Assembly (NCBI GenBank): GCA_000708835.1
Contig: DF237611.1
Span: forward strand, 1 to 46,042
Direction of reading: 5' to 3'
From: Klebsormidium nitens
Lineage: Eukaryota; Plantae; Klebsormidiophyceae
DNA length: 46,042 nucleotides
The translations under genes were made by a program, and so were the position numbers. Below the pieces are notes generated by a model, which searched no databases, had not been told where the DNA came from, and worked only from the letters and a program-made list of their open reading frames with translations. Positions 24,312 through 36,093 of the stretch are shown in pieces (the first letter of the stretch is position 1; each line of letters starts with the position of its first letter).

Positions 24312-25465
24312 CGTGCAAGATCCGATAACTCAGTCACCAGGCAGCGGAGCGGTCAAAAGACGAAGGGACGGGGGTTTTCTGAACCAAATTGCAGCAGAGT
24401 AGCTCAGTTTGAGCAGGCGCCGCCCTTCCTGATGATCGTCGTCACAGCGCTTCACCAACTTGTTGGTCTTTGCACTTCCAACCTGAACTTGAAGTGAAAA
24501 GCGCAACAAAATGGCGGGGACATGCAGTTTTGGCACCATTTCGCCAGTGCCAATTCTAGCAAATTCGAATCGTAATCTGACGGCCGCAAATTCTTTTCGT
24601 CCTCGCCTTAGCGTCGATTACAGTACCATAATTCGTACAGGCCAGATAATCGACGACTCGATTTTCTCCAACTCAGCACGGCCCCCGCATCGGACTCGGA
24701 TGTCAAATCTGGTGTGACGCCTGCTTCATTTCAAACTCCCGCCAAAACTGCCCCTGCTTTTCCGAACTAGACTGATGATGATGATCATGTGGACTGCCAC
24801 GTTGTGCATACTTGGATCTGGAATCAGTCGGGCTCAGTCTCTATCAATGATGATTAAACGTATTTGCTCGATGATGCTTACAGTTGCTTTACTTGACGTA
24901 GAATTGTAGCCCCACACAATTCGATCGTGGCAAAGCCGGACCACTGGCCGGGAAGCCAAGCGGAAGCGAAGCATGGCTTTTCAGAATTGATTCTTGCACA
25001 AATGTCAGGCACAAGGATCCGCATGTACATGTGTATGCATATGATCGCACACTTGGACGTGCCTGCGACTCCTAGAAGCAAATGCTCTGGTTATTATAAA
25101 CTTTCACCTAGCTTTTATCAGATTTTGGATTATCTTTACTACACATGGCCCATAGCAACCACGATTGAATAGCCATAGTTGCATAATGCTGGCACGGACA
25201 TAGAACGGCCACTTCAAGTTTGAAATGGTACTATCGTTCTCTTCGTTCAGCCATTGGCTTTCCAGCGCCCCTTAGGAAACAAGTTCACCTCAAGCAATGC
25301 GGTCCTTTGAAGTGCTCCTTATCATTTCCATCTTTTCAAAAGAAGGATTGCATTCCTCACAAAAGACATTCCAGTATCGCAAAGAAAGCATCCCACGTCA
25401 CAAGAAACGCTCGACCTATTCTCCAAAAACAATAAGGCCTTTCTCGTCCATTCACAGTTGTCCAG

Positions 25466-28400
25466 TCAACTACTTCTGTCTCTACTCTGATCAGAATTGG
25501 TCAATTGTGGCCTGCTCAAAGTTGGTGCAACTTTGGTAGCCCCTATTCTATCCTGGGTGAGCAGATCTTGCCGCGGAGCGCTAGCATCCCCTATCGTCGC
25601 ATCCAACGGCAGTTGTCCACTCGTTTCGACTAAGTCGTCCCCTAGAGACTGCTCTCCCCGTTCAAGCCCCTCCCTTTCTTTCTTCCGCAAATACCGCTCC
25701 AACAAAATGTGCTTTGCCGTCTCAAACGACAAGAACCCCATTGCGCTGAAGCAGCCCCCGTACACAATCCTCGGCCCCGCGCCCCGCACCAAACCCTTAA
25801 ACCCTTCTTCCGCTGATATCTGTCGTAATGTCGACACGACTCCCGACGGCGTGAACGCCGAAACGAACTGCGCTTTCGCGACTGCCTCCGCGACTTTCCC
25901 AGTGGCCCCCGTGCGCGAAACCGCCTGCCGAGCCTCCGTCATGAGACGCGTTTTGACCACGTCGAGGGGGGTCGTGGCCGCTGCCGAGAGCATCCCGGCG
26001 ACCGCCCCGGAGAGCAGGCTCTGCCACGGTTGCAGCTCGGCGTCGCCCGAACCGGCCAGCCAACCGGCCTTCAGGTACTCCTGCAATGACGACAGCTGGG
26101 GTTCGAGATGAGGTTATGAGGTTGAAAATTCGGTTATGAAACTATGTTAGAGCTAAGGAAACCAATCTACAGTGGGGGTCGGGATATATCTTTGGCCGTT
26201 GAGACAGCCGACGGATGGAACAGGTGGCCTTCAAGAAAACTGCGTTGGCAACCTTGAAGCTTGATTTTGAAACGACTTGCGAACCCCTTCCCTTGGCAAC
26301 GCTCAGCCTTACAACTAGAGGCTGGAAGTACACCTTAGCTCCTACTTCGACCAGGAAAAGGCAGAAACCGCTGGGAACAGGGGCGTGTTATTTTCGGAAA
26401 ATTTTGAAATTGCCCTTTAACGGAACTTGTAATCCGTTCGCAAACCGAGCTGCCGGGAAAAGCGAAAACCNNNNNNNNNNNNNNNNNNNNNNNNNNNNNN
26501 NNNNNNNNNNNNNNNNNNNNNNNNNNNNNNNNNNNNNNNNNNNNNNNNNNNNNNNNNNNNNNNNNNNNNNNNNNNNNNNNNNNNNNNNNNNNNNNNNNNN
26601 NNNNNNNNNNNNNNNNNNNNNNNNNNNNNNNNNNNNNNNNNNNNNNNNNNNNNNNNNNNNNNNNNNNNNNNNNNNNNNNNNNNNNNNNNNNNNNNNNNNN
26701 NNNNNNNNNNNNNNNNNGCAAACCGAGCTGCCGGGAAAAGCGAAAACCACAGATACGCAAAGCATCAAAAAATGCTCGATTCACGAGACTATTCTCCTGC
26801 AAAGGGACCTCGAGAGTGCCTTAGGAAACACGACAAGCCTTTTCGGAAGATGGCGGATAGGGTGGAAGTACCAACAGAAGGGGAATTGTTGGGTCCGATG
26901 CGCCCATCCAGACCCTGTCTAGCCAGCCTGATAAGCAAGCGTGGGCGTGGGTCGTGGGACATGTCCCTCGAGGCGACCAAGTGCCTGGAAACGCTGAACT
27001 GGCAGTCGCTCGGAAGAAGTGTAATGCAGTTTCGTACGCAGCGTAAGGCAGTTTAGTACGCAGCGTAAGGCAGTTTAGTACCTGTTACGAAGGTGTCGCT
27101 GCGAGCCACGTTGGGCAGATGCTCTACTTCTTAACGTCGTTCCCTGCTTCCTCCACCAACGATTCCAACGAACGGCCGAGCATTGAAAAGCAGGCGAACG
27201 CACTCAAGGAGAAGGCTGAAGGGAAGCGTCTCTGCACGACGCTGGCTGGTCTCTGCAGTGCTCTGTGTCAAGCCGTCCGTACACAGCCCTTGAGAATGAT
27301 GCTCCAAGCAAAGAGGAAACAAGGAAGACGAGGTGACACGCAGAGCGGTGACTCACAAACGTCGAGAAGCTGATGACGTTGGACGGCACGTTTCGGAGCA
27401 GCGCCGCCGAGTATCCGCGGTAGAGACCCTTCACCCCCTCCTCCCGTACGATGCTTGCGAGGACCCCCCCGGCTGTCCCCGCCACTCCTGCCTGTGGAGA
27501 GACCAGATTGCATGCGTATGAAAGGGTGGCTCAGAATGGGTACAGGACTGATATGAGCAGGCAAAGTGAAAAGACACCGTCGGTTCTCGGAGAAATTGCA
27601 GGCAGCCTCGTTCCGCACGTCAAAGAAGGCTCCTTACTGTAACGGCCAAGGATTGCGGCACAGAGGAGAATATGCTTGGCAGAACTCCAAGCCGTAGATA
27701 CTGGATGGTTACACAGACTTGCACGTTGATGCATTTAGAATGTCCATAACCATAATAATGTGATTTGATTACTGGGCCTATCTTATGGGCTAATTGGATC
27801 GGGGCCAGGTTTGATTAACCATGCAGAAACGGACCCAGTATGACGGAACATGCAGGGAGGTTGAATTCACACCCCACCTGCAGGCGTTGCTTGACCAACT
27901 CCTTCGGGACCAGGATCGCAGAGGAGGCGATGTTTCCGACCGCTGCCGCAAAAGGGGGGACGGCGAGTCGATTGTTGGCGAAGGCGGGAAGTCGCAGGAG
28001 GAGCTCCTTGCCGAGCTCGTACGTGCCGAAGTAAACGGCGGAGGAGGGGATAGAGCCGACGACGGCGGCAGGGAGGCCTCGGTAAAAGCCGCGGATGCCC
28101 TGCTTGGCGAGGACCTGCGGAGTGATCGGAGAACAGGGTTTTCTGTTGATCTTCCCATGCGAAAAGAGGGGGGGAAGAAGTCGGTTCCATAGTCCCGATG
28201 ATCAAAGCCCTCCTGGCCTTGGTCTGAAGGAACCTGGGGATACGGGTTTGGCATGGGGTTAAGATGTTGAGGGTTTACTGAACGTGGGTCATGAGATGTC
28301 AAGGAGTGAGAAGCGACGGCGCCGATGCCCCGGTTGGGAAAAACCTAAGGGGTGGGTTGGAGACTTATACAGGACTTCCGGGGATGAAGAAGGGTTACAT

Positions 28401-29417
28401 GATCCATTATGATACCCAGAATGGAGAAACAGATTCCAGAGATCTGAACTCCATGCGTTGGGCGCCTTGTTTACAAGGACCTAGGAAATCTGTCAGCAAG
28501 TGGTTTCTACTTCGGTATCAAATTGAAAATAAGGATTTCAAGCGATTAATCACTCGGGGTGTAAGCTGCCCATGCCTTGATCAGTGACAACCCAAAGCAA
28601 AAGGAAAAGTTTACACCATGTCGTAACTTACCTTTCGAACAACATCCCACGCGCCTGTATACAGCGCAGTCCCTCCCTTTGTTTGCAGCTTCGTCTTCAC
28701 GGTGTCAAGCGGATGCAAAGTCGCATTTGTAAACCCCCCCGCTAAGCCCCCTGCCAGCGCCCCAAGCCCCGCTCTTTCGAGCAACGGAATGTTTCGCATG
28801 ATTGCCCTCGTCTGAGCAACCGAGAAACGGGTGTACCGTAGCCATGGTATGGAGACCTTGGCAAGGTGTTGAAGGAGGTTTGCCCCTTGTTCCTGGGTTA
28901 GAGAACCGGCTGACTGCCTCTTTTCTTGTGTTTTTGTTTCTTGAGAAGGCTGGAGGTTGGCGGCACTATGAACCGAGGGTTGTTCGAAACCAGGGATTTG
29001 ATTGAGGGGCTGTGAAAGAGAAACGGCAGCAAACGGTTGGGGGCGCAGGCGCGCGGCACGTTGAGGACTGCTTTGACTACTGACAGTGCTCTTTGGAAGT
29101 CTACCTAAAGTTGGATCAATAGTCTCTGTTAAGCCCCTCTCCTCTCTTCGTCGTGCTCGCCGATTTGAGCAACAACCTGTCAACTTGCACTCACTCCGTG
29201 TGAAGAACCTCACACCTCTTCTACGCACTTTATGACTCGCCCCGGCTGTCAGCGTTTTTGCCGACAGTGTCAAGTTAACGTCCTCTAGACGAATGCTGTT
29301 GCAAGGCCCTGCTGAGAGCCCGGACCGCGCTCTTCGTTTTGTCTCCTCGGTAGCCTCACAGAAAGAAGGACCGACTGGCTCAGGGGAGAGCTCAAACATT
29401 GCTGCTAACCTACTTTC
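25466..29417 (-). CDS. MFL1: Plastid-type mitochondrial-carrier-family protein, Mitoferrin-like 1; exons 29417(ATG 29399)-28632, 28114-27878, 27491-27357, 26080-25466
   Basis: Carrier signatures HPLDTVKTKLQ, VPKELVKQRLQ and TPLDVVKTRLM. Recalled similarity to At5g42130 (ERAGLGALAGGLAG..., LLRNVPSNVISFSTFEYLK, FETAKHILLERYLRKK). All junctions are phase 0. A short upstream coding exon may exist. Confidence 0.85.
26471..26717. other. Assembly gap (247 N) in an MFL1 intron, flanked by a 31-bp direct repeat
   Basis: GCAAACCGAGCTGCCGGGAAAAGCGAAAACC occurs at 26440-26470 and again at 26718-26748. Confidence 0.95.
27034..27081. repeat. 22-bp tandem duplication (2.2 copies), intronic
   Basis: GTACGCAGCGTAAGGCAGTTTA at 27034-27055 and 27056-27077, followed by GTAC. 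Confidence 0.9.
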
Positions 29418-30613
29418 CTGCAGGAAAGCGATTCAGTGTCAGCCGCTCACTTGATTCAGAACAGATTCAAAACATGGTTGTGCATTCAGGAGCTGCCATT
29501 CGTATGAGCTGGATAACCTAAAAAGGCGCAGGAATCGTCTTACATTGAAAAGCTGATGCGTATTGTAAGAGCTGTATGCCCAATTGCTTGGCATACATAC
29601 TTGTGGGGCTGTAGAAATGCTGAAGTGCTGGACAATGTGCAATCCAACTGGTATTTTTGCCAATTTCATTCTAGGTGGTGGCAGCTACGCGGAGTAAGAG
29701 CAACCTTATGAGAAACCCAAAGCAACAGAATGACAAGTGTTGATCATAAGAAGCTGACGTCATTGCACATTGCACTGGCACATTTAGATTCCTGCTGCAC
29801 ATTTAGACCGTCAATTGCCTTGGCACATCGAATATGTAAGGACAATTGCATTCAAAGAAGCACAATGCTACTACCCGCACTTGACTCGTGTGCAGGGGCC
29901 AGAATGCATGAAAATTTCAATAGGCGCCGCTGCAAACGTCGCACCTTACAACTCGTCTCCTTTATATGCTGCGCCATCGACTTACCTACGGGACTTTGTA
30001 AGTAGAAACCTAGGAAGCTCCCTTTCACAACCTTTCTTGGAGAATTGCCTCGTGAACAATCCAAAGAGATCCTGAAATCATCAGCAATTGACCTCCTTCA
30101 GCCCACCTGCAACCGTCTTTTGAAAGCAGTTCCTGAGCTGGCACCAGCATTGCGTTTCCAAATTCCGGCTACCTGGATCAGCAGTACGGGCAGGCGCGGC
30201 AGTCAACCGTGCACCCGTTGAGCCTGGGAAGGTCCCCGGCGGAGACTTGAACAGCCGGGCAGACTCATGTCGCCTAAAGCACTCATGCTATGGTCTGCCT
30301 GGCCTGCCCGGGGAATGGGGTACTCCTTACAGGTCTGGAATGCAGACTGGAATTTGCGACAACCCGACGGAATTTCGCCAAGTGTTGGCAGCAGGTCGGC
30401 AGTCTACGGTGCGACAAGTTTTCATAGAGTGAAAGTTCGCGCGACCGTCCGGATCAATTTTGAAGGTCGTGCTCTTGTAGGGTCTACCCCGCGGGAGGCG
30501 CTGGAATTCTTTCCTCGAAGTGCTAGCCAGCTGGCTTTTCTGCTGGCCAGCTGGCTGCGCAATGGAGCTCTGGAAAAGTAGGAGAGTGTGCTGAGGTTCT
30601 ATTAGACAGCGCG

Positions 30614-33600
30614 ATGGGGAAGGCGGGGGCCTCTTCCGGGGTATCTACCAGCGCCCTAAAACATGCTGCTGAGAGTGACCCTCCCATGTTCTCAAAGCGA
30701 GCCAAGAAGCAGGCCGCTGTGCACCACTTGACAAACTCAAAGCCATCAGCTCTTTCTGTAGAAAAGAATGCTGCACCAGAGGTTATAGATGAAGACGAGG
30801 AGATCACTTTCAGGAAGTTGGGACTCGGCGAGTGGCTGGATCAGACCCTCAAAGAGCTTGGGATTGCCAAGCCGAGTCCAGTGCAGAGAGCCTGTGTGCC
30901 ACACGTGTTGCGAGGAGAGGACGTGATAGGGTGCGCTCAGACGGGGAGCGGGAAGACCGCAGCGTTTGCGCTTCCAATCCTGCAGAAATTGGCGGAGGAT
31001 CCTTTTGGGGTCTTTGCGCTTGTGCTAACGCCCACAAGGGAGCTGGCATTCCAGATTGCAGACCAGTTTCGGGCCTTGGTGAGATGCCTTTACTTGTTTC
31101 AGTGTTGCAGCTTTAGTGGCGACAAGGGCGAGGTTCGCCTAGTAATGAAAGTAATGCAGATTTGAGGGTCCTTTCATGATCTCGATGGTAATGGTGGTAA
31201 TTGGCTGTTGAAGCTTATCACGTGAAGTGTTGTGCTTGTGATGATCCTTGTTCATCAAATTGATCAAGGACAATGAGAGGCATATTACTATTGCGTACAA
31301 TCAGTATCGACAGATTTTAGGGTTAGGGTTTGGGACCACTTGGCGTTTGGGCCTTCAAGAACCAGACCCAGTCCTTGCGTAAAGTGATCACTCTTTTGGT
31401 TGATTAGCTTCTAGCATTTAGCATCACAGAGATACCGAAGTGGTCAAAGGTGTCACAACCTTAGTCAAAAGGTTTACCTTAAATCGTTCTTCCAGGGCTC
31501 CAAGCTCGGCCTGCGCGATGCCGTGGTCATTGGCGGCATGGAGATGACGTCACAAGCAGTGGCCCTCTCCAAGCGGCCGCATGTCGTAATTGCCACCCCA
31601 GGCCGCCTGTACGACCACTTTCAGAGCTCTCAGGAGATGGCGGGATGGTTCTCCCGCTTGCGCTTCCTGGTGCTCGACGAAGCGGACCGGCTGCTGGACG
31701 TTGGGTTTGAGAAAGAGATGGGGGGGATACTGAAGAGGCTGCCGCAGAAGCGGCAGACACTGCTGTTTTCGGCGACGATGACACAGAATCTGAGGCAGCT
31801 GCAGGTGAGTTGTGGGGCTCCGAGAAGGTGGAGTATTCATCATGAACCCCTGCCAAGCCTGAAAGTGGTAGATAAGTGACGTTTTGTCCCATTTTGACAT
31901 TACAACAGCATTCCAACTCCCTCAGGGGCCCTTGTTCAAGGCAGAATACTCTTTGACTCAGGTTGTTACGTAAGGAGCTCAAAGTATCTGAAACATCTGT
32001 TGGCTAGTGGTTCCTGCTGATCGCCCTTGAAAAGTTTCCCTCGTCAGGATGCAATTATCAACCGTGCAAATTGCACCTGAGAGCTGGATTCCCTGCAAAG
32101 CAGCCACTCTGTCCATACCCTGTGCTCCAGAGGGCATATCAGAGCATGGGCAGGGACCCGGGTGTCCTATACTCTTAGTTTGCCTTGCTAGACCTCTGCC
32201 CTCTACCACTGTCAAGGACGGGGTGCACCAATTGGCGCCAATCAATCTCAGGACTATAAGGCATATGAGGGGATGCTGAGGCACTCTAGATCCCCTCACC
32301 TCATCAGAAAGTGGTTATCATCCGTCCAACATGCCCCCAGTCTCCTACCTGCCCGCCAGGGGTCTTTGACACCTTCGGATTTGCTTTCTGAACTTCTGTC
32401 CTCTTCCCCTGCTCAGGACACGCCAATGACAGGCGGCAAGGCGCCGTTCCACTTCCAGGCGTACGAGGGGTTGCGCACGGTGGAGGCCCTGAAGCAGGAG
32501 TACTTGTTTGTCCCGGCGAACGTCAAGGACGTGTATCTGACACACCTGATGGACGGGCTCGAGGAGCAGAAAGTGCGCTCAGTCATCATCTTTACGTCTA
32601 CGTGCAAGTGAGTTAGTGCAAAGTTGGTGGTTTGTTTGGAGCAGCTCGGTGAAATCGAGATTATGGCAGTAGTGATGGGCTGAGACTGGTTCTTAGTTGA
32701 GATCTGGTGGAATCTATGCCGAGACTGTACCGCTGGGTTGCGCCTGCCTATGCGGGGATACAGCAAGGCTGGCAAAGCGGTTCCAATGATACCTTTTGTG
32801 CCTGCTTTCAGGGCACCAACTTCTGCGTGCCCAGATATGCGAGCTTGTATGTTTGTTGACGCGTCGTCGTGTCTCAGAACCTGCTTGTTCTCTTCGCGTA
32901 TTAAGCTTTTTCTCAGTCCTGTTTCGACCCCTGCTTAACTCCTGCCTCCTGCATCTTCCCTAATCAGGTCCGCCCAACTGCTCCAGCTACTCCTGGAGGA
33001 GCTCGAGATTTCATCGGTCGCCCTCCACAGTGCGCGCTTCTCGCACCCTCCTAAGTCCCCCCCTTGCTCCCTTCCACTTTTTGCCAACCCCGGCTTACCG
33101 ATTGCATAACCCCTCCCTTTACCCCTCCTGACCAGGTCCGCCCAACTGCTCCAGCTACTCCTGGAGGAGCTCGAGATCTCCTCGGTCGCCCTTCACAGTG
33201 CGCGCTCCCAGAACCGGCGCCTAGCGGCCCTGGACCGCTTCAAGTCTGGAGCAGTACCGGTGCTCGTGGCGACGGACGTGGCCAGCAGGGGGCTCGACAT
33301 CCCCACTGTAGATCTGGTCATCAACTACGACATCCCACGGTGAGATTCGCGTTAGGCTGTCTGACGTCGTGAGTCGTACAGGGGAGGCTGAAAATCCTCA
33401 AAGGAAGGGGTTTGCCATACTCACCATCAATATCGGCTTCAATAGTCCGATTTGTATCATAGGCAGATGGAACAGTAGGATCGTCTTATTAGGTAAGGAA
33501 GCGAGATTCTTCGTAATGTGATTTTGCAACGTTGATCGTTTGTGGCAACGAGGTGTTCAGGTTGTAATCCTCTGCACGTAAAAAAAGCGTCAGTCTCTAG

Positions 33601-34999
33601 GTCCAAACACTTCGAACATCGAGCCAGACTGAAGGTCGGCATGACTGCCGCCTGGCCGGCTCAGCCGAAGGGCCCCAGCCGATTGGCGGGCGGGTTAGCA
33701 GCTGACGTTAGAAACAAAGTGGCCGATACTGGGCTGCTTCGGTGATCACGTGTGCTCAGTTCGACCCGCCCTCGTCACTGAGGTCATCCACTTGGCAGAC
33801 TCAACCCTTCAGCAACACCTTTATGATGTCGCTCGCCTGAACGGGACGCTGGGAGCCAATCTTTGTCACCGAACTGCACAGCCTGCACCTCTAATCTGTG
33901 CCTCTCGAAAGCGGCTTCTCACAGGCTCTGCTCGTATCTTCCAGTTATGCCAAGGACTACGTTCACCGGGTCGGACGTACAGCGCGCGCTGGGCGGGGGG
34001 GCGGGGCGGTAAGCCTGGTGACGCAGTATGACGTGGAGCTGATACAGAGCATAGAGGGTCTGCTGGGGAGGCAACTAGAGGAGCGAACAGTGGTGGAGGA
34101 CGAAGTTTTGAAAGGAATTACGAAGGTGAGCGACGAGATGGAATTGACGGACTCCCGGGCCTCAGTTGATTGTTGTCGTCAAGCCATTCAGTCACTTGGT
34201 GTTTTTGCGCCGATTGCAGCTGATTTCTTCAAAGTGCAAAACATTTGAAGGACGGAGTTTAAATTGCAAACGAACCAGCCTGGAGGATCCTTGACCGACT
34301 TGAATTCCGTTTGACGAAGGTCTAAATGGAGCTTCTGAGTCATTGCGCAGCTGTGGGCAATTGGGAGACCTTGGGAAGGGTAGGCTTGCATATCTGGCTC
34401 TGAGGATGAATTCTTGTGGTCTGTGGGGTGAGAGAGCCGGTTGTGCATCTACACCGCACTCTGCACGAGGAGTGTACAGACAGAAGTTTTTTACCAACAT
34501 TTGGCTCGCAAGCGCTACCTAAAGTTAAATCAGTGCGTGTTGTTGACGTGGCCCCCCAGCCCATGATCTGCCGGCAAAGTCGGGCGTCAGCAGCTTCGTT
34601 GTTGGGACTTTGGAAAGACGGAGCATGCTTTGACTTCGGCGTGCCTCCGAAAATCGCTTGATCGCACAGCGTTGCAGAAGATTCTATGGCCAAAGTGGTG
34701 TTCTCCTGTTTTCGCCGCAAAATATCCGTGTCTTTCGTTGTCCAACGGTAAGCAAGATTTTTCGTCTCCTTCTGTGCTTTTCTTCGTTCGACGGCCTTTT
34801 TCGAGGGCGTTACGTCTGATGCCTTTCCACTCCGCAGGTGTATAAAGCCCGCCGGGTAGCCGCTCTCAAGATGTCCGAGAGCGGGTTCGAGGATGTGTTA
34901 GAAGCACGCAAAAAGAGAAAGAACGGGGGACGGAGTCAGGAGATCGAGCGGCCCAAGAGGCGAAAACACAAGGGCCGGGAAGGGAAAGGAGATGGTTAA
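30614..34999 (+). CDS. DDX49: DEAD-box RNA helicase, DDX49/Dbp8/RH36 type; exons 30614-31078, 31496-31804, 32417-32607, 33136-33339, 33945-34125, 34838-34999 (503 aa)
   Basis: Q motif (PSPVQ), [36 protein letters not shown] and [11 protein letters not shown]. Subfamily features [34 protein letters not shown] and [12 protein letters not shown]. Phase-consistent (1512 nt). Confidence 0.92.
31315..31353 (-). promoter_or_regulatory. Telo-box (AAACCCTA, 31324-31331) with adjacent telomere-like repeats and a site II motif (TGGGCC, 31348-31353) in helicase intron 1
   Basis: The sequence TTTTAGGGTTAGGGTTTGGG...TTTGGGCC is read directly; function is inferred only. Confidence 0.3.
32968..33038 (+). 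repeat. Intronic partial duplicate of the first 71 nt of helicase exon 4 (33136-33206), with its own CAG acceptor
   Basis: 68/71 identity; both copies are preceded by a pyrimidine tract and CAG. Confidence 0.92.
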
Positions 35000-36093
35000 A
35001 AACTAAAATCATAACCTCTGAGCCGCAACGAATAGGCCAGTCATGTATTGGCTGCAGTAGGTTGGCCGCCGCAGGTACAGATAAACAGCTAGAGATGGAG
35101 CGGGCGTCATAAGATTTGATTCAAACCGTATTCGCGATCAATCATCATATTGAGCGGAGTGCCTCGAGATATGATATCAGAAATCATTTTTCCCCTCATG
35201 CCTTTGATCCAAAGGTCCCTTTTCCTCGTCAGGTTCTGTACGTACATACCAACATTGATTCCTGTGCTAGATGATTTCATGCATTCAGGAGTTCCACGTT
35301 TCACGCTGCATATAGCAGCATGGCAGGACCGCCGCACATCCACGGCCGCGCGGACTACGAGTAAATGCATGGCAGCATGCATCTGCAAAGATCATAAAGT
35401 CAAATTCAGTTATTGCATGTCCGTCGGACCGATCGAGGTCCGCGCCATGTTCGTGAGGGGCATGCGGGGCAGCCACATTACGCCGCTCGCCCGAGCCGTC
35501 GATGTGATGCGCCACATGATGAGAAGGTGCGAAGTGCCCCTGAACTCATTCTGAGCGTCCGACCCACTGGAGTCGGATGTCACGTACACGTAACCATTAC
35601 GATCCGATCAACCGTCCGGGTGCAACGTGCGCATCCACGTACCAGTGCGCCGGATTGCATCTCACATATACGGTTGAGTCTCGCTTCGTATATCGAATCT
35701 GGTGCAAATGATCGATGACCGAAACATGTATCGGCCAAATGATGCCAGTGCACCGACCGCCTCACTTTACGTGAGCGTGAGCGGCGGCAGCGGCCGGCCA
35801 GGTCATATGTGAGTAAAGACTGCTATTGTATATCCGCTGCGCTCGCAGAACTAGACGATCGTGACCCCTTTGCAGACAACCCGGGCTCGTGATGCTCAAC
35901 TCTGATAAGAGAAAGTACTAAAGCTTGACAAGGGTGTACCTAATCGAAGAAGACGTAAACTTAACATCATCAAATGGCCCGCGGTTTCAGATCTTAGCGA
36001 GAACTACGACGGCCGATTGTCAAAGAACGTGCACTCTTGATAAAGTCCTCTCGAGCCTGCTTTCAAAGATCTTTTTTTCACGATGTTGGAAGC

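Noticed and set aside
26215-26922. Long ORFs spanning the N run
   Set aside because: Artefacts of translating Ns.
35150-35554. 134-aa ORF downstream of the helicase
   Set aside because: TTG start, no motif, and no supporting exon structure.
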